64,000 nucleotides of DNA from Eledone cirrhosa. Its lineage: Eukaryota. Of this stretch, positions 15,401-27,692 are shown piece after piece (positions within the stretch are counted from its first letter, which is position 1; every line of letters begins with the position of its first letter). Made by a program: the position numbers and the translations under genes. Below the pieces are notes generated by a model that saw nothing but the letters and a program-made list of their open reading frames with translations, was not told where the DNA came from and did no database searches. The stretch spans positions 279,620,001-279,684,000 of the forward strand of contig OZ024743.1 in NCBI GenBank assembly GCA_964016885.1, read 5' to 3'.

Positions 15401-15480
15401 AATGCAAAATGGACTGTAAGATGAGGTAACGAAAATTAAGTTACCGAGTAATCTTGTTTTTTTTGTTGTTCTTTTTTCTG

Positions 15481-15518
15481 TCCAATATTTCGGGACCTAA
15501 AAGTCCCTTCTTCAGGGA
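15481..15518 (-). ncRNA. Minimal type I hammerhead ribozyme
   Basis: Minus strand TCC-CTGAAGA-A-GGGAC-TTTTAG-GTCCC-GAA-ATAT-T-GGA. Core is perfect; stem I is only 3 bp. Confidence 0.65.
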
Positions 15519-15820
15519 TTAACGGACTTTCAGTGGAGGTTCCAATTTCCTCTCTTTGGGATTAAATTTTGATTTCGAGTTAAATTTTTTGCTAGGTCAT
15601 TTTTAAGTGTATATTATCTATTTAGTGATGTTGTAGTACATATGACAGTCTACTGGGATATTAACCTAGAGCGTCATGAAATAAGACATAGTCTGTGACA
15701 ATCTTAGTATCCAGGAGGCAAGCAACATCCCTCAAAATCGGTCTTAATGTAGAAAATATTAATCTATCTATTTCTCTCTCTCTGTCTTTGTCTCTCTCTC
15801 TCTTCTCTCTCTCTCTCTCC

Positions 15821-15878
<58 letters not shown>

Positions 15879-16764
15879 ACGTGTGTATGTATGTATGAAG
15901 GTAAGTACATATATATCATACATACATTTATATACAAGCATAAAACTAACAGTTTGTGTTATTGTAACTGCGTTCGTCTTTTTTTAATCTTTCCATCTAT
16001 ATTTATAAATATGATATTACATGGAGTGAAGTTGTTGTGCGCTGATTATGTGTGTCTCGGGGTTTAAAGGAGGGTAAATTTGAACGATGAGACTAACTTG
16101 CTAAATATGGAGAAAAACCTCAACTACATCATTTCTCACAAATTTCAAAAGCAAAATACCTTTTGAGTATTTAAAATCCAGGAAAGAAAATAAGCATACA
16201 GACATAAAGACATGCACATTCACTCATCTTAACACGTGTTGGTATGTGTGCAAATGTATGTTCCATCTATTTACTTGATGAGTATTCCAGTTCGTCGGTC
16301 CCGGTATACCCACGCATTGGACTATGTTATAAATGCCTGAACTTTCTACAGATATGTCTACATTTAACGTAATTTTCAGGAAGATTCCACGTCTGATAAA
16401 TAAAAATGCTGTATTTGAATATAGTCCATCCGACCGGCTTCCATTCTCTGCCATGGTAGAATGCATTTATGCTCAAACGCCATACACATACACACACATA
16501 CACTCACTGTAGAGATGTTTACATGATTTCCGACTTTAAAGGGAAAGCTGAATGATTGAGCTCAAACTGGATAACAGTTGAATTACAGGTGTAAAAACCA
16601 TGCCTTTGGTTTTCTAAATGTTATTTCTGCTTGCAATAGAGTACCAATCGTCATGAATATATTACAATTGCTATTTCAGAATCAGCATGTTGGGGATGGG
16701 ATTGCCGGTTTTGAAATCAGAACGAACAGCACTGTCTGACATTTTAAAGACTCCACGAATCCAG

Positions 16765-16912
16765 TTTCTCTGGATTGGTACTTTATTTCATCGACATAGA
16801 GATGATGAAAGACACATTTGATCGCCGTGTGATTTGAATGCAGAATGCAGAGGGCCGGTACGATTACCATAGAATTAAGTCCCGCGCCCTGAAAACTCTG
16901 CCAAATTTTCGG
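16765..16912 (-). mobile_element. Diverged SINE family A copy
   Basis: TGGTACTTTATTTCATCGAC...GATGAAAGAC...GATTTGAATGCAGAA...CTGCCAA. Confidence 0.55.
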
Positions 16913-18137
16913 CTACAAATTCTCAAATGGTGGTCTATAAATGTACATCAAATTGGAAATTCATGCTGGGAATCGGTACGATTAGCTATGAAGGCGTTTC
17001 TCTGCCATATCTGCAGTTCAATGTACGAAATAATAACACTATGAAAATTTACTTTCACCGCGTGAAATTGCCCTGGGTTCCGTGATATAATATTGGCGTT
17101 TTTAACATGTTTATATTTATCAACAACCATTCCATGATAATTATGTAATAACATTTGTTAAATTATGTTACAAACACCAGCTTAAATATAAAACATTTTA
17201 TATTACTAAATCCCTCCAAATTCCAACATTATTTGAAAATGAGAGACAGTACTTTTCATTAGAAATAAGGTAACGAACGGGTTAAAAAAATGGGATAGGC
17301 ATCGCTCCAAATGAAGGTAACTATGGGCCCGGTCATGTTTGATTAAAGGTTAAACAACAACTACGTTGTGTCCATTGTCACATCACCTATAACTCGATGT
17401 TTGTGATTACAAATAATATTGATATAAACAAAAGGATAGAAAGTTTTAGTTCCATAGTTCTATATGTCAGTTGTTGTTCACGCTCTTATTTGTCAGCCAT
17501 AATCAGACACGTGCGCAGCCAATGATTTCCCTATGTACATGAAATACAGACCTGCCTCGTGTTGGGATTTTTAAGAGCTAAATGTGTGACTTATAGTAGG
17601 TAGGGCACCCAGGTCGAGGATCATTTGTCGATAGTCACATAAAACAGATAAATAATAGGATTTGGTTCTATCAACTGTAAAACAACAGCAGATGATGTAA
17701 TAATTTCACATGAACGCCAATTCTATGTGCATCTAATAAAGCTGGAATTCCTCCAATTTAATTTACTATTAACAACGTTGTATAATGTAGCCTTAAATAT
17801 CAGATTGTTTACATATCTAGGTATGGTAGATACATTGGAACTTTAGTCGCTATTACTAACAGCTCAACTAATCACCTACTAACTGATCTTTTTTGACTTG
17901 ATGTTTACTTTCTATTGTTATGTGATGCTTGTAACAATTGAATTCAGCAGAGATAATGGAGCTACTCCACAGGAAGCTGCCACTAATTAATTGATTTGTT
18001 AACTAGTTCAAATTGTTCTACTACAAGAAAGCAACAGTAGATAAAGTATCTTTGATGTGGTTTCTGCGTGAAAATTGTACTATATGTTGGGCAATTACAT
18101 TTCCCTGCTTAGTGCGATAATAACAATGCTTTGTGAT

Positions 18138-18320
18138 TGAGGCCCAATGCCAAACATTTTCGGCGGGAGTCAATTAAATGGTTACCAGAACAGTATTTTA
18201 TCGACATAGGGAGGATGAAATGCAAAGTTGACCGCGGTTGTATTTGAAGTCAGGCCATAAATAGCTATTATTAAACAAAGCATTTCACCCAACGTGTTAA
18301 CGATTCTGTTAACCGCCTTA
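18138..18320 (-). mobile_element. Diverged SINE family A copy
   Basis: TATTTTATCGAC..GGATGAAATGCAAAGTTGACCGCGGTTGTATTTGAA. Confidence 0.55.
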
Positions 18321-19768
18321 GGACAACTTGTTATAATAGACCAAATGTATAACTAGGTTAAGATTATCGGTGAATCTGACATGTGTATTATAGTGAGTTG
18401 AAAACCTTCGACAAACTGTGAGTAAGTATGCAATTGTTTCGCAAATCCTCTTTCTACTTATGTTTAAAATCTAAATACAACAATCAAGGGAGGTTATAAT
18501 GAACGGCAGCATTATCTCAATACGAGGCTCAGTTATCACGAGATCGTAAAAGGAAGCTGGAATTAATTGCGTGTATGTGATCCACTGACTACAGCTTGTT
18601 GGTGAGTGATTCTGTATATTGATATATTAATACAAAATCTCTTGAGGCATTAGAATGTGAGAATGGCTAGAGTGGCGTATTAATTTCTTTGTAGTATTTA
18701 GTTACATCGCTTTACACCCTATTGCCGCCAGTGTTTTTCTTGGGTTTGCGTTTTCGTCATTCTACGGTCGATAATATATGTAGTAAGGATATACTAGGAT
18801 CAATTCAATCGACAAAAAAAATGAACACATTTCTCCAAATGTGTTTGTTGCCTTGTGCCAATATGAAAGATCGATATTAGTGCAAAAGATGGCAGCAGAC
18901 GCTGCATGATATTAACACTCTTAATCTTCTGGTATTATAATATCAACGTTGTTTTTATATTAGCACAATTGGTTGTTACTGGAAACTAAGAGCGTTCATA
19001 CATTTAGGAGTCGCCATTTGGTTACAATCATCAAGAAATATACAAAACAAATAGAAATAAATGACAAGTTTGTTTTATGTTTTTTCTTTCTTTCTTTCTT
19101 TCTATTTTTTAGCTCCTAAACAACCACAATAAATCCTGTTTAGAGGCGACTGTTAAAAAAACTCTCTCTTCAATTTTCTAACAAAGTGGCTTTCACTGGC
19201 GTTAGAGACTACGGAATGTATCTAGAATAAACATTAACGCTAAGAATGTAGAGGGGCCGTTGATTAAAATAACGCAAAAAATAGTTTGAGTCAGAAGTAA
19301 AAATGTTCATCAGCAGATATTATAATAGAGGAAGGAAAGGAATCTGGGAATAGGCAGCAACAACAACAACAACAATAAAAAAAATATGTGGTTGGTAAAA
19401 TAAGGAACTTATTTATAGGTAAATGAAAATGAAATAAATAAAACTAACATTCCTATCGTGAAGACAAATAAACAGAATTGATAAGAACAGAAAAAAAATT
19501 CTACATTCAGACACTGTCTCTCTCCCTCACGTCCCCCCTCTCTTTTCACTCTTACTGTTTTGTCTCAATTTCTGTCTCTCTTTACATCTGTCTCGCTTTG
19601 CCACACGCATGTATACACTTAAGCAAGTGGAATTGTACTATTCACACAAAAATCACTCACACATATTCGAGAAAAAATGCACACATATACTTAATAGACA
19701 AAACAGCACAAAAAATATATTATCTGTGTGTGTTGTGTGTAAGTATGTATATGCGGGGTGTATCTCAT

Positions 19769-19826
<58 letters not shown>

Positions 19827-20448
19827 GGGAGATATATATATACCTACACATATACATTATTACACGCATACATACATACGCTAATCTCACCACACCTATA
19901 AGCATATATGTATGATAATATAATATATGAAAATAAAAATATACATATACACTTACGCACAAATACTTGTACATTGAATCATGAACTGAGATATTGTTGA
20001 TGTATTATGCGCAATAGTTTATTATCAGAAATTTAATAAAGAAATAAAAAAAGAGAGAGAAAGAGAGTATCTTCCTGTATATTTTTCTTATACAACGAAA
20101 TAACGAAAATATAGTTGTGATTGCCGGAAAAAAGTCTCAACTGATAACCGAAATAGTACCAAAACAGGGTGATTTGTGAATCTGGTAATCAATAAAGAAT
20201 ATATTGATGTGAAATTTTGGAATAGACTGAAATTTGTCTCGATGCAAAAAGTTGTTTTGGCAAAGAATAGAATATAAGTTTTGCATAATGAATAATATTC
20301 GTAAAATGAATAACATTAATTCGGTTGGCACTTGGTTAATTTTTTATATATATATATATATGAAGACAACATATCTTATATGCGTTAAATACATAAACAA
20401 AAGCAACTAACGGACATATATCACATATATCCACACAAACAAATCTAA

Positions 20449-20523
<75 letters not shown>

Positions 20524-20836
20524 TATATATATATATATATATAACATTAAAGAAGGTGCTCTATATATACTGAAAGATATTCAAATATTAATTGAATAAG
20601 CATTCAATACGCAATCGTTGCCAATGTCATTGAAGTTTCGGTTGATGTGCCGTTACTGCACTCTCCTTTTGCCCCTTTCTTTCTTTCCCACTCCCCCACA
20701 TTCTCTTTCTCTCTTCTTATATGTGTGAATACATACGCATTTATGTAAGCGTGTGTGAGAAAGTGTTGGCTTTTGTATAATTTTTAAAAGAACGCCTTAC
20801 ACCACATACGCCACATAGATTTTCTCATAATACACA

Positions 20837-20869
<33 letters not shown>

Positions 20870-21009
20870 GTGTACCTCTGTGTGTGTGTGAGGGGGGCGT
20901 GTGAGTCCCGGGTTCAATTGGGGGTAACTAAAGTAAGTAAAGTACTCAATACATTAGTAGAGTGCAAACATCATGTTTAATATAGACTTAATCAAACTTA
21001 GTTTGATGT

Positions 21010-21500
21010 TTTTCTCGTCGACAGCAATAATCAAGGCATGTCATACCGTCTATCCTTTTCGTAATTGACCTCTGCAATGCTTCAATTTTCATAATTTTCA
21101 TAATTTGCTGCGTATGAGGAGACCACAGTGGACAACAGTATTCAAGGTGGGACTGGAAAAAGGTTGAGTAGAATAGAAGCACGGTGGTAATTCCTTTACC
21201 TCGGAAATATCTGAAGATTCGAGAAGACATCTTGCGGACAAAGTCAACATTGGTGTTTATGTGAGTACTCTAGTTTACGTTGTTGTCAACAATTATTCCA
21301 AGGTCTCTGGTGTTCTTTAATGGCGCGAGATTTTCACATGGACGGTGGGAGAAAATATCGTAACTCCAGTGCATCCCCTTTTGCAAAGAGAATTAAATCA
21401 AATGTATACTCATTTCGTAGCATATTGCTTTTTGTCACCCATTGGATAATAGCGAGCAGATCCGATTGGAGGAATGTCGGGTCTCCGACGCCATTATGGA
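21010..21500 (-). pseudogene. CR1/L2/Jockey-group LINE ORF2 C-terminal fragment
   Basis: LQSDLLAIIQW...RDLGIIVDNN...SHLEYCCPLWSPH...IEALQRSITKRIDG are typical post-RT motifs of this group. Confidence 0.75.
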
Positions 21501-21539
21501 CCTTGGAATCATCTGAAATATTCTGGTCTTGCTGCCACC

Positions 21540-21820
21540 CTCATTGGCCCTAACGGCCGTCACTTGCCTGTTAGGGACTCTTTTTGTTGTACTTCAACTA
21601 GCCTAGTCTATGGTCTCCAGGGCACCATATGCGGTGCTATTTACATTGGTCTGAGTGGCCAACTGCAGCAACTGCAGCACATTTCCGCTCTGCTGGTCAT
21701 TCCACGTGTCAAATCAATGTGTTCAGGCTCTCTTCCTACACTGTACCCCCTGACACGCACCACCAGTTTAAACAGAGGCTTATTTTTCTTAATACCTCTA
21801 TCCCCTATGGCCTTAATACA
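21540..21820 (+). pseudogene. PLE GIY-YIG endonuclease relic
   Basis: GPNG...FCCTSTSLVYGLQGTICGAIYIG, and in another frame FKQRLIFLNTSIPYGLN (PxGLN C-terminus). Followed by a CA-rich tail. Confidence 0.7.
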
Positions 21821-22181
21821 CCCCCTCTTCCTCTTATCTGCCATACACACTCCATCAAGTATCCTTCCTCATCCACTCGCCCACACTGAAATACTCACAC
21901 ACACTTGGATATTATACACTACAACAAAATACTCTAACACACTTATTAATAAACAAACACGAAGAAAAGTACACAGGGACACTCACATCAGCACGTATGC
22001 ACGTTTTATTTTGATGACTTGATGACTATAACTGACTTTTACTCATTTCAAAATTAGCCGTCCATCTAAGTTACATGTCATTTGAACGATTTTCTATATT
22101 TAAACTGTACCTCCTGACGAGGCGCTAAAATCAGAAGCATTGAACTCCTTTTCCACTCTTTCCTCTAAGCGTGAACCTAAT

Positions 22182-22220
<39 letters not shown>

Positions 22221-22459
22221 TGCCTTATATATATATATATATATATAATCAGTTGCAACAGAGACATATAAAGGTGTTTAAGTTTCGTTGTGTTGCTATG
22301 CCAACTCAATCAGCATGCCATATTGTGATAGAACAGTCTTGGGTGGTACTTCATAGTATAAAAGAGTTCTAAGGACATGTAATCCTGAAGTTAACCTTTA
22401 AGTAAATAAAAAAATTACATTTTATAAATGTAAAGGGAGTTAACTTTAACAAGAAAGAC

Positions 22460-22850
22460 GTTAATGTGAAAGGTCGAAAATATTAGTTTGGTCTAGACTC
22501 ACAAAAAATTTCGCTTTGAGAGGTCAACGATTGAAACAATCATGGCATGTTTTTAAGCAGTGTATTTTGAAGACGTTTGTGAGAATATATTCTACTTTTC
22601 AGAGCTGCATTGATGTAGGGATTGGATCTTATCAGTATCATTCATTTAACGCTATGCAGTTTTCTTTTATGCTGCATGCGTGGTTTGCGAACTGAGTGAT
22701 ATCTTTTTTATAAGGATGTCTGAAGATCATTTCGTGTTTCATAAAACGGATTTTGACCTGTCTCTGAGACAATCCTACATATGTTAAGTGGTTTTGGTTG
22801 GTGGATGTCACTTCCGCGTCATATACCCCTGCTGGAGTAGTACTGAAAGG
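22460..22850 (-). pseudogene. PLE GIY-YIG endonuclease relic (different lineage)
   Basis: Minus frame GVYDAEVTSTNQNHLTYVGLSQRQVKIRFY matches the VYxAxV...YIG...FKxRF pattern. Decayed downstream. A degenerate HHR-like motif lies 3' at ~22274-22316. Confidence 0.6.
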
Positions 22851-23038
22851 CTCCTGGCTTTAGAAAATAGAAAATAGAGGACGGTGAGTAAATTATGATT
22901 ATATTATACTCCCTCTCAGATTCACACACTTCAGATATTCTAAGCCCTGTAAAAAGAACTCGAAACGTTGGGCCTCCAACCAAGCCTCTTAATTACCCTT
23001 AAAACTATGATTTTGTTAGTCCACCCCCTTCACCTCGA

Positions 23039-23161
<123 letters not shown>

Positions 23162-23283
23162 GAGAGAGAGAGAGAAATAGAGAGAGAGAGGAGGGGGAGA
23201 TAGATATAGATATATTCAGGAGTACCTTCTTGAATTATGTATTAGCGGATAAATTATTATATATCTTCATTAATTATCACCAG

Positions 23284-23468
23284 GGCGGTAGATTGGCAGT
23301 ATCGGTAGAGGGTCGGAAACCATGCTTTCCAGCATAGTTACGTCCCTTTACGATCTGAGTTCAAATCCCGTCGAGGTTGACTTTGCCTTTCATCCTTACG
23401 GGGTCGATAAAATAAAATACCAGTAATGCACTGGATAATTGCTGGCCTTGTGCCTAAGGTAGAAACAA
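23284..23468 (+). mobile_element. Full-length tRNA-derived SINE (family A) with short TSD
   Basis: GGCGGTAGATTGGCAGTATCGGTAGAG...GAGTTCAAATCCC...GCCTTTCATCCTTACGGGGTCGATAAAATAAA. Flanked by TAATTATCA on both sides. Confidence 0.9.
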
Positions 23469-23702
23469 ATAATTATCAATATTACCGGTAATAATATTTA
23501 AATTAGTACATCATTGAAGTACAGGACACGTAAGCTTCTTTATTACATATTTCATTGTAATAGTTTAGATGATACACAAGCTTTCTGATTAAAGCCAAAT
23601 TGGATTTGAAAACCGATTACATGTATTTATCATTACATTTTCTATTAACAGGGAAGTACATATACATCTCTCTCTCTCTCTATTTCTCTCACTCACTCTC
23701 TT

Positions 23703-23737
<35 letters not shown>

Positions 23738-23954
23738 TTATATATATGTATATATATATATATATTATATATATATATATATTTTTTATTTTTTTTTTTT
23801 TAACTACGGCCTACCTTTCCTTTGTGATCCTGACACGATTTTCTGTGCTGCCAAAGAAGGGCTGTAGAACGACACGTCGAATTTTCTTCCCCTTTTTCCA
23901 TATAAAGCGTGAAACTAATAAGACTTCTGCTTTGTCGTTTCCTTGAACGATATA

Positions 23955-24085
23955 GATATCTTGTTTTTAAAGCGTAGAAATATCAGAGACCCCCAGTAGA
24001 CAACCGATGAGGAAAACTCCCCCGTTCTTACATTCTTCGTATTCCCACTGCATTTTAAGTTACCTTAAATAGCAACTACACAGCT
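23955..24085 (+). ncRNA. Decayed copy of the rearranged hammerhead-like motif (sister family)
   Basis: GATAT-C-TTGTTT..AAAGCGTA-GAA-ATATC...AGACAA-CCGATGA, homologous to 39669-39800. Confidence 0.5.
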
Positions 24086-24096
24086 ATTTCTATTCT

Positions 24097-24135
<39 letters not shown>

Positions 24136-24137
<2 letters not shown>

Positions 24138-24835
24138 AATATGAGAACAAACGTGCTGCGTGGTTGAAAATGGGTTATATATGAATAAAGTTAGTCCTTC
24201 ATCAGTGATCTTCCAACCATCATTGGTATTTCATCGCTTTAAAGACCATATACCTCCGGTTGGTGCGAGCAACGGCTAAAGAAAGTCGTTGGGACACGTA
24301 AATAAGGGGAACGAGCGAAAGTGTAAACAAACAAAGATGGTAAAGCAACGAAAAGTGAGGAAGAAAGAGTCATGTCCCAGATTTCCATGAATATAAGTTC
24401 GGTGAAATCGTGAACGAGAGAGAATAAAGACCATCAAACCTGGTTGAAATGTGAGCAAGGAAGGAATTCCGCACAGGTCAAACGGGAGGAAGAAGGAATC
24501 CAGTCCGTGAATTCGGTGAACATAAGTTCTGTGAAATCGCAGACGAGAGAGAGAAAAGCGGAACCAGCCTGGTCAAGCGTGCGAGAGAAAAAAATTACGC
24601 ACAGGTCAAACGAGAGGAAGTAGGAGATGTTGTAGCAGAGAGTGAGTGAGTGAAGGGTGAGGAAGAGGCTAACAGAGAGAGTGATTCTTAGAGAGGGTAA
24701 AGATACAGAGAAAGAGGAAGCAGTAAGAACGAAATAGACGGGTCACAGCGGGGGAAAATATATGTATGAATATGAGAACAAACATGCTGCGTGGTTGCAA
24801 ATGGGTTACATATGAATAAAGTTAGTCCTTCATCA
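24136..24835 (-). mobile_element. Non-coding terminally redundant retro-like element (family X), copy 1
   Basis: 24136-24204 is repeated at 24767-24835 (period 631). Flanked by TA/TG repeats. Homologous to 39837-40516 and 54905-55522. Confidence 0.85.
24163..24273 (-). ncRNA. Candidate non-circularly permuted hammerhead ribozyme with kink-turn (best-preserved copy)
   Basis: Minus strand GTTGC TCGC A CCAACC GGA GGTAT A TGGTCTT TAAA GCGA T GAA ATACC AATGAT GGTTGG AAGATCA CTGATGA AGG. Stem III GGUAU/AUACC, stem I UGGUCUU/AAGAUCA. Predicted cut between 24249 and 24248. Confidence 0.6.
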
Positions 24836-25754
24836 TATATATATATAGATAGATGCATGTGTGTATTTGTATGTATTTGTTTAGATATAATTATGCCCGT
24901 TGGCACCTATTATTTATACAGTGTAAGTTATCGAAATACGAATTTCGCCCATACTTTCATTTCCTATAAATGTATATATATTTTTTATCGATCAAGTTTT
25001 CGCCACTTTTATATTTACATACCATAAGATATTACCTAACAAGCCCACTAAAAAAATGATTTTGCTTTTAATATCCTATATTACTTAAATACAAATAACA
25101 ATACTATAAGCCATTTTCTTGTTGTTTGGAATAGTGTACCATGTAGATTTACGTGTCTAACCTCGGCTGAGCACCAATCCTGCAAACATATGATCGAAGC
25201 CTTTCAGACATGACCATCCCACCTTACTCTCAAAGTATATGCAGAACGATAATATTGTTTTTAGGCACTTGTGGAGGTGCGTGTTTATGTGGATACAGCA
25301 TTAGGCTCACAATCGTCAGTTCGATTCCCGGACTGAATGAGGTGGTATGTCCCTTTAGATTACTCAGCTGGATGAATTGTTGAGACGTCATTGTTGTTAG
25401 GCTGTAACGGCATTTGCCTTTCCTTGAACAACATCATTGGCGTGGAAACGGGAGTCTAGTATGCATATCCACTTCTCTAACCTCTACCTCGGTGGAGAAT
25501 TCCCTGGTCAATTATAACCGAAAAGGTTCTATATCAGATTGGCATTCATATAGGTTCAAACGTACATACAAATACCAACACACACAAACATTAGCAACTA
25601 CACACGTACACACACACACTACTCCACACACACAAACACAAATACACACAGACGCAAGTATATCCACATTCAATGTGCTCCATAGATTATTAAAAATAAA
25701 TGCACATATGTTCATGCATATGTATCTATATATGTATGTATGCTTGTTTGTCAG

Positions 25755-26165
25755 GTCGCTCTCGAGTGCTAGTGGTAACATGTAACCCAGTGCAACCTAT
25801 CTCATGGTCACATCGTCGGCGACTAAGCCGGCAACTCCACCAAGCTTGCTTGGTGAGGAGAAGATATTTGGACAGCCTGCGGGATGAAATATAAGACCCG
25901 GCGAAGGGCGGTGGTACTCAGCAGGATCAACGGCAGTGAAAAGCCCCCAGTTGTTTTCACAACTTTCTGAAAAAAAACCTGCGACTTCGGAACCATCTGC
26001 TGATGTTGACCAGTTCTCCTTTTCGGGTAGTGAGTATTGGTCGAGGGCAAGGTCTTTCCCCTCTTAAAAAACCTTCAAAGCACAGGCCTTGTTTGCTCAG
26101 GATATATTACAGCTCCTTGTGGCTGGTCGGTGCCTAAAAGTGCACCATTTTCTGCAATCTGACAA
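25755..26165 (+). mobile_element. Interspersed repeat, probably the 5' UTR of an RTE-like LINE
   Basis: GAGTGCTAGTGGTAACATGTAACCCAGTGCAACC...CGTCGGCGACT...GGCAAC is shared with 52715-53150. The RTE assignment is inference. Confidence 0.5.
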
Positions 26166-26643
26166 GCGAATGCAATAAACTTAGCAGAGATTGCAAGCAT
26201 CATGTTTGTATGTATGTATGTGAGTATACATGCACATACACGTGTGTAGGTGTGACTCGCACCTTCATGTCTGCTTGTCTACTACGAAAAACGGCCTCAC
26301 TGCAATAACCGATGTTATTTTACAAGTGTAAAGATTTATACAATGATACCTCAAGTATATTAACGTTACACAAACTCACACACATTGGTTCCACACGCCT
26401 TTACACACACATTCATACACATATATACTTATAAATATATATAAAATGATATGCGTATACACATATATATAAAGAGAGATAAATAGATAGATAGATATGC
26501 AAAGAAGTATGTAACACAGAATTATTATTGATAAACGCCCATATCATATCCGTTTGATTCTATGAATATATATATATATATACATGTGTGTGCGTGTATG
26601 TATATACATATATCTATGTTTGTGTATATACATTATACATATA

Positions 26644-26722
<79 letters not shown>

Positions 26723-27370
26723 ATATATGTATATATATGCATATTATATATATATGTGTGTGTGTGGTTGTTGTTTTGTGTTTGTGTGCATCTAGATTGA
26801 TTTACATATTTTCAATATCTCTGTCAAGTATATGTTTGCAGAAATCAGTCTTAAGTATGAATTTGTGTGGGCAACAACACATATTTAGACTTAGGATTGA
26901 CCACATTAATTTCGATGTTCAGTTTATCTTATGTATGTAAAGAAACATACATATACACATGCACATACATGTACTCTCCCCATCACACATATATATATAT
27001 ATGTGTGTGTATGGATATATATACACGAAGATATATGCTAATTTGCCATGTGTATATCTCATAATATGTATATTATATATATATAAATATATATATATAT
27101 ATAGCGGCGATGAATTAGTTTTGCGAGGTTTTTTATATGAAATCGTGTGTCGAAACAGATATTGTTATATTTGGGGAGGGTCATATTTGCGTAATATTGC
27201 CAGAATTAATAACAGAACACACTCACTGTTTGGTTGGTTTTCGCTTCTCGCTGTCTTTTATATATATATATCTGCGATCTAACTTACTCGGTCCTCAATG
27301 TTGCCATTGACTGACCGGCGGTCAAAAATAATACAGATACAATATAGACAAACACATATATCTATAGTTT

Positions 27371-27412
27371 ACATAAATCTTTCGTTGCACATCTGCAACA
27401 TCGTCAGTGGTG
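27371..27412 (-). ncRNA. Hammerhead ribozyme motif in the PLE pseudo-LTR
   Basis: Minus strand CA-CTGACGA-T-GTTGCA-GATG-TGCAAC-GAA-AGATTT-A-TG. Core and stem II are perfect; stem I is weak in this copy. Confidence 0.7.
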
Positions 27413-27692
27413 TTATATTCATTGTTCCTCCTGTTGTGTTGTATGTCTACGCCATTTTTTTTTTTTTTTTGTTCAGTCTGTCTATATATTTATTTATTTA
27501 TTTGCTTGTTTGTTTATCTTATTTTATTTTGTCTTCTTTGCGCATGCGTTTGCGTGTGTGTATAGTGTTATGTGTGATGTGTGATGTGTGACTAGTGTGT
27601 ATAGTGTTGTCTGCTGGGTGACTAGTGTGTGTTTATGTGCTTGTGTATGTATTTATTTATCTTATTTTATTTAATTTAATTTACTTATTTAT

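Noticed and set aside
17400-19300. Repeat-poor stretch that might hide small host exons
   Set aside because: No recognisable coding motif or supportable splice pattern; RNA-seq is needed.
22110-22975. Further HHR-like remnants at ~22113 (+), ~22274-22316 (-) and ~22943-22975 (+)
   Set aside because: Core or stems are too degenerate to call, although their positions 3' of PLE relics or before (TA)n are suggestive.
23284-23375. SINE heads as tRNA genes
   Set aside because: A/B boxes are present but there is no cloverleaf, and they are fused to a SINE core and tail.
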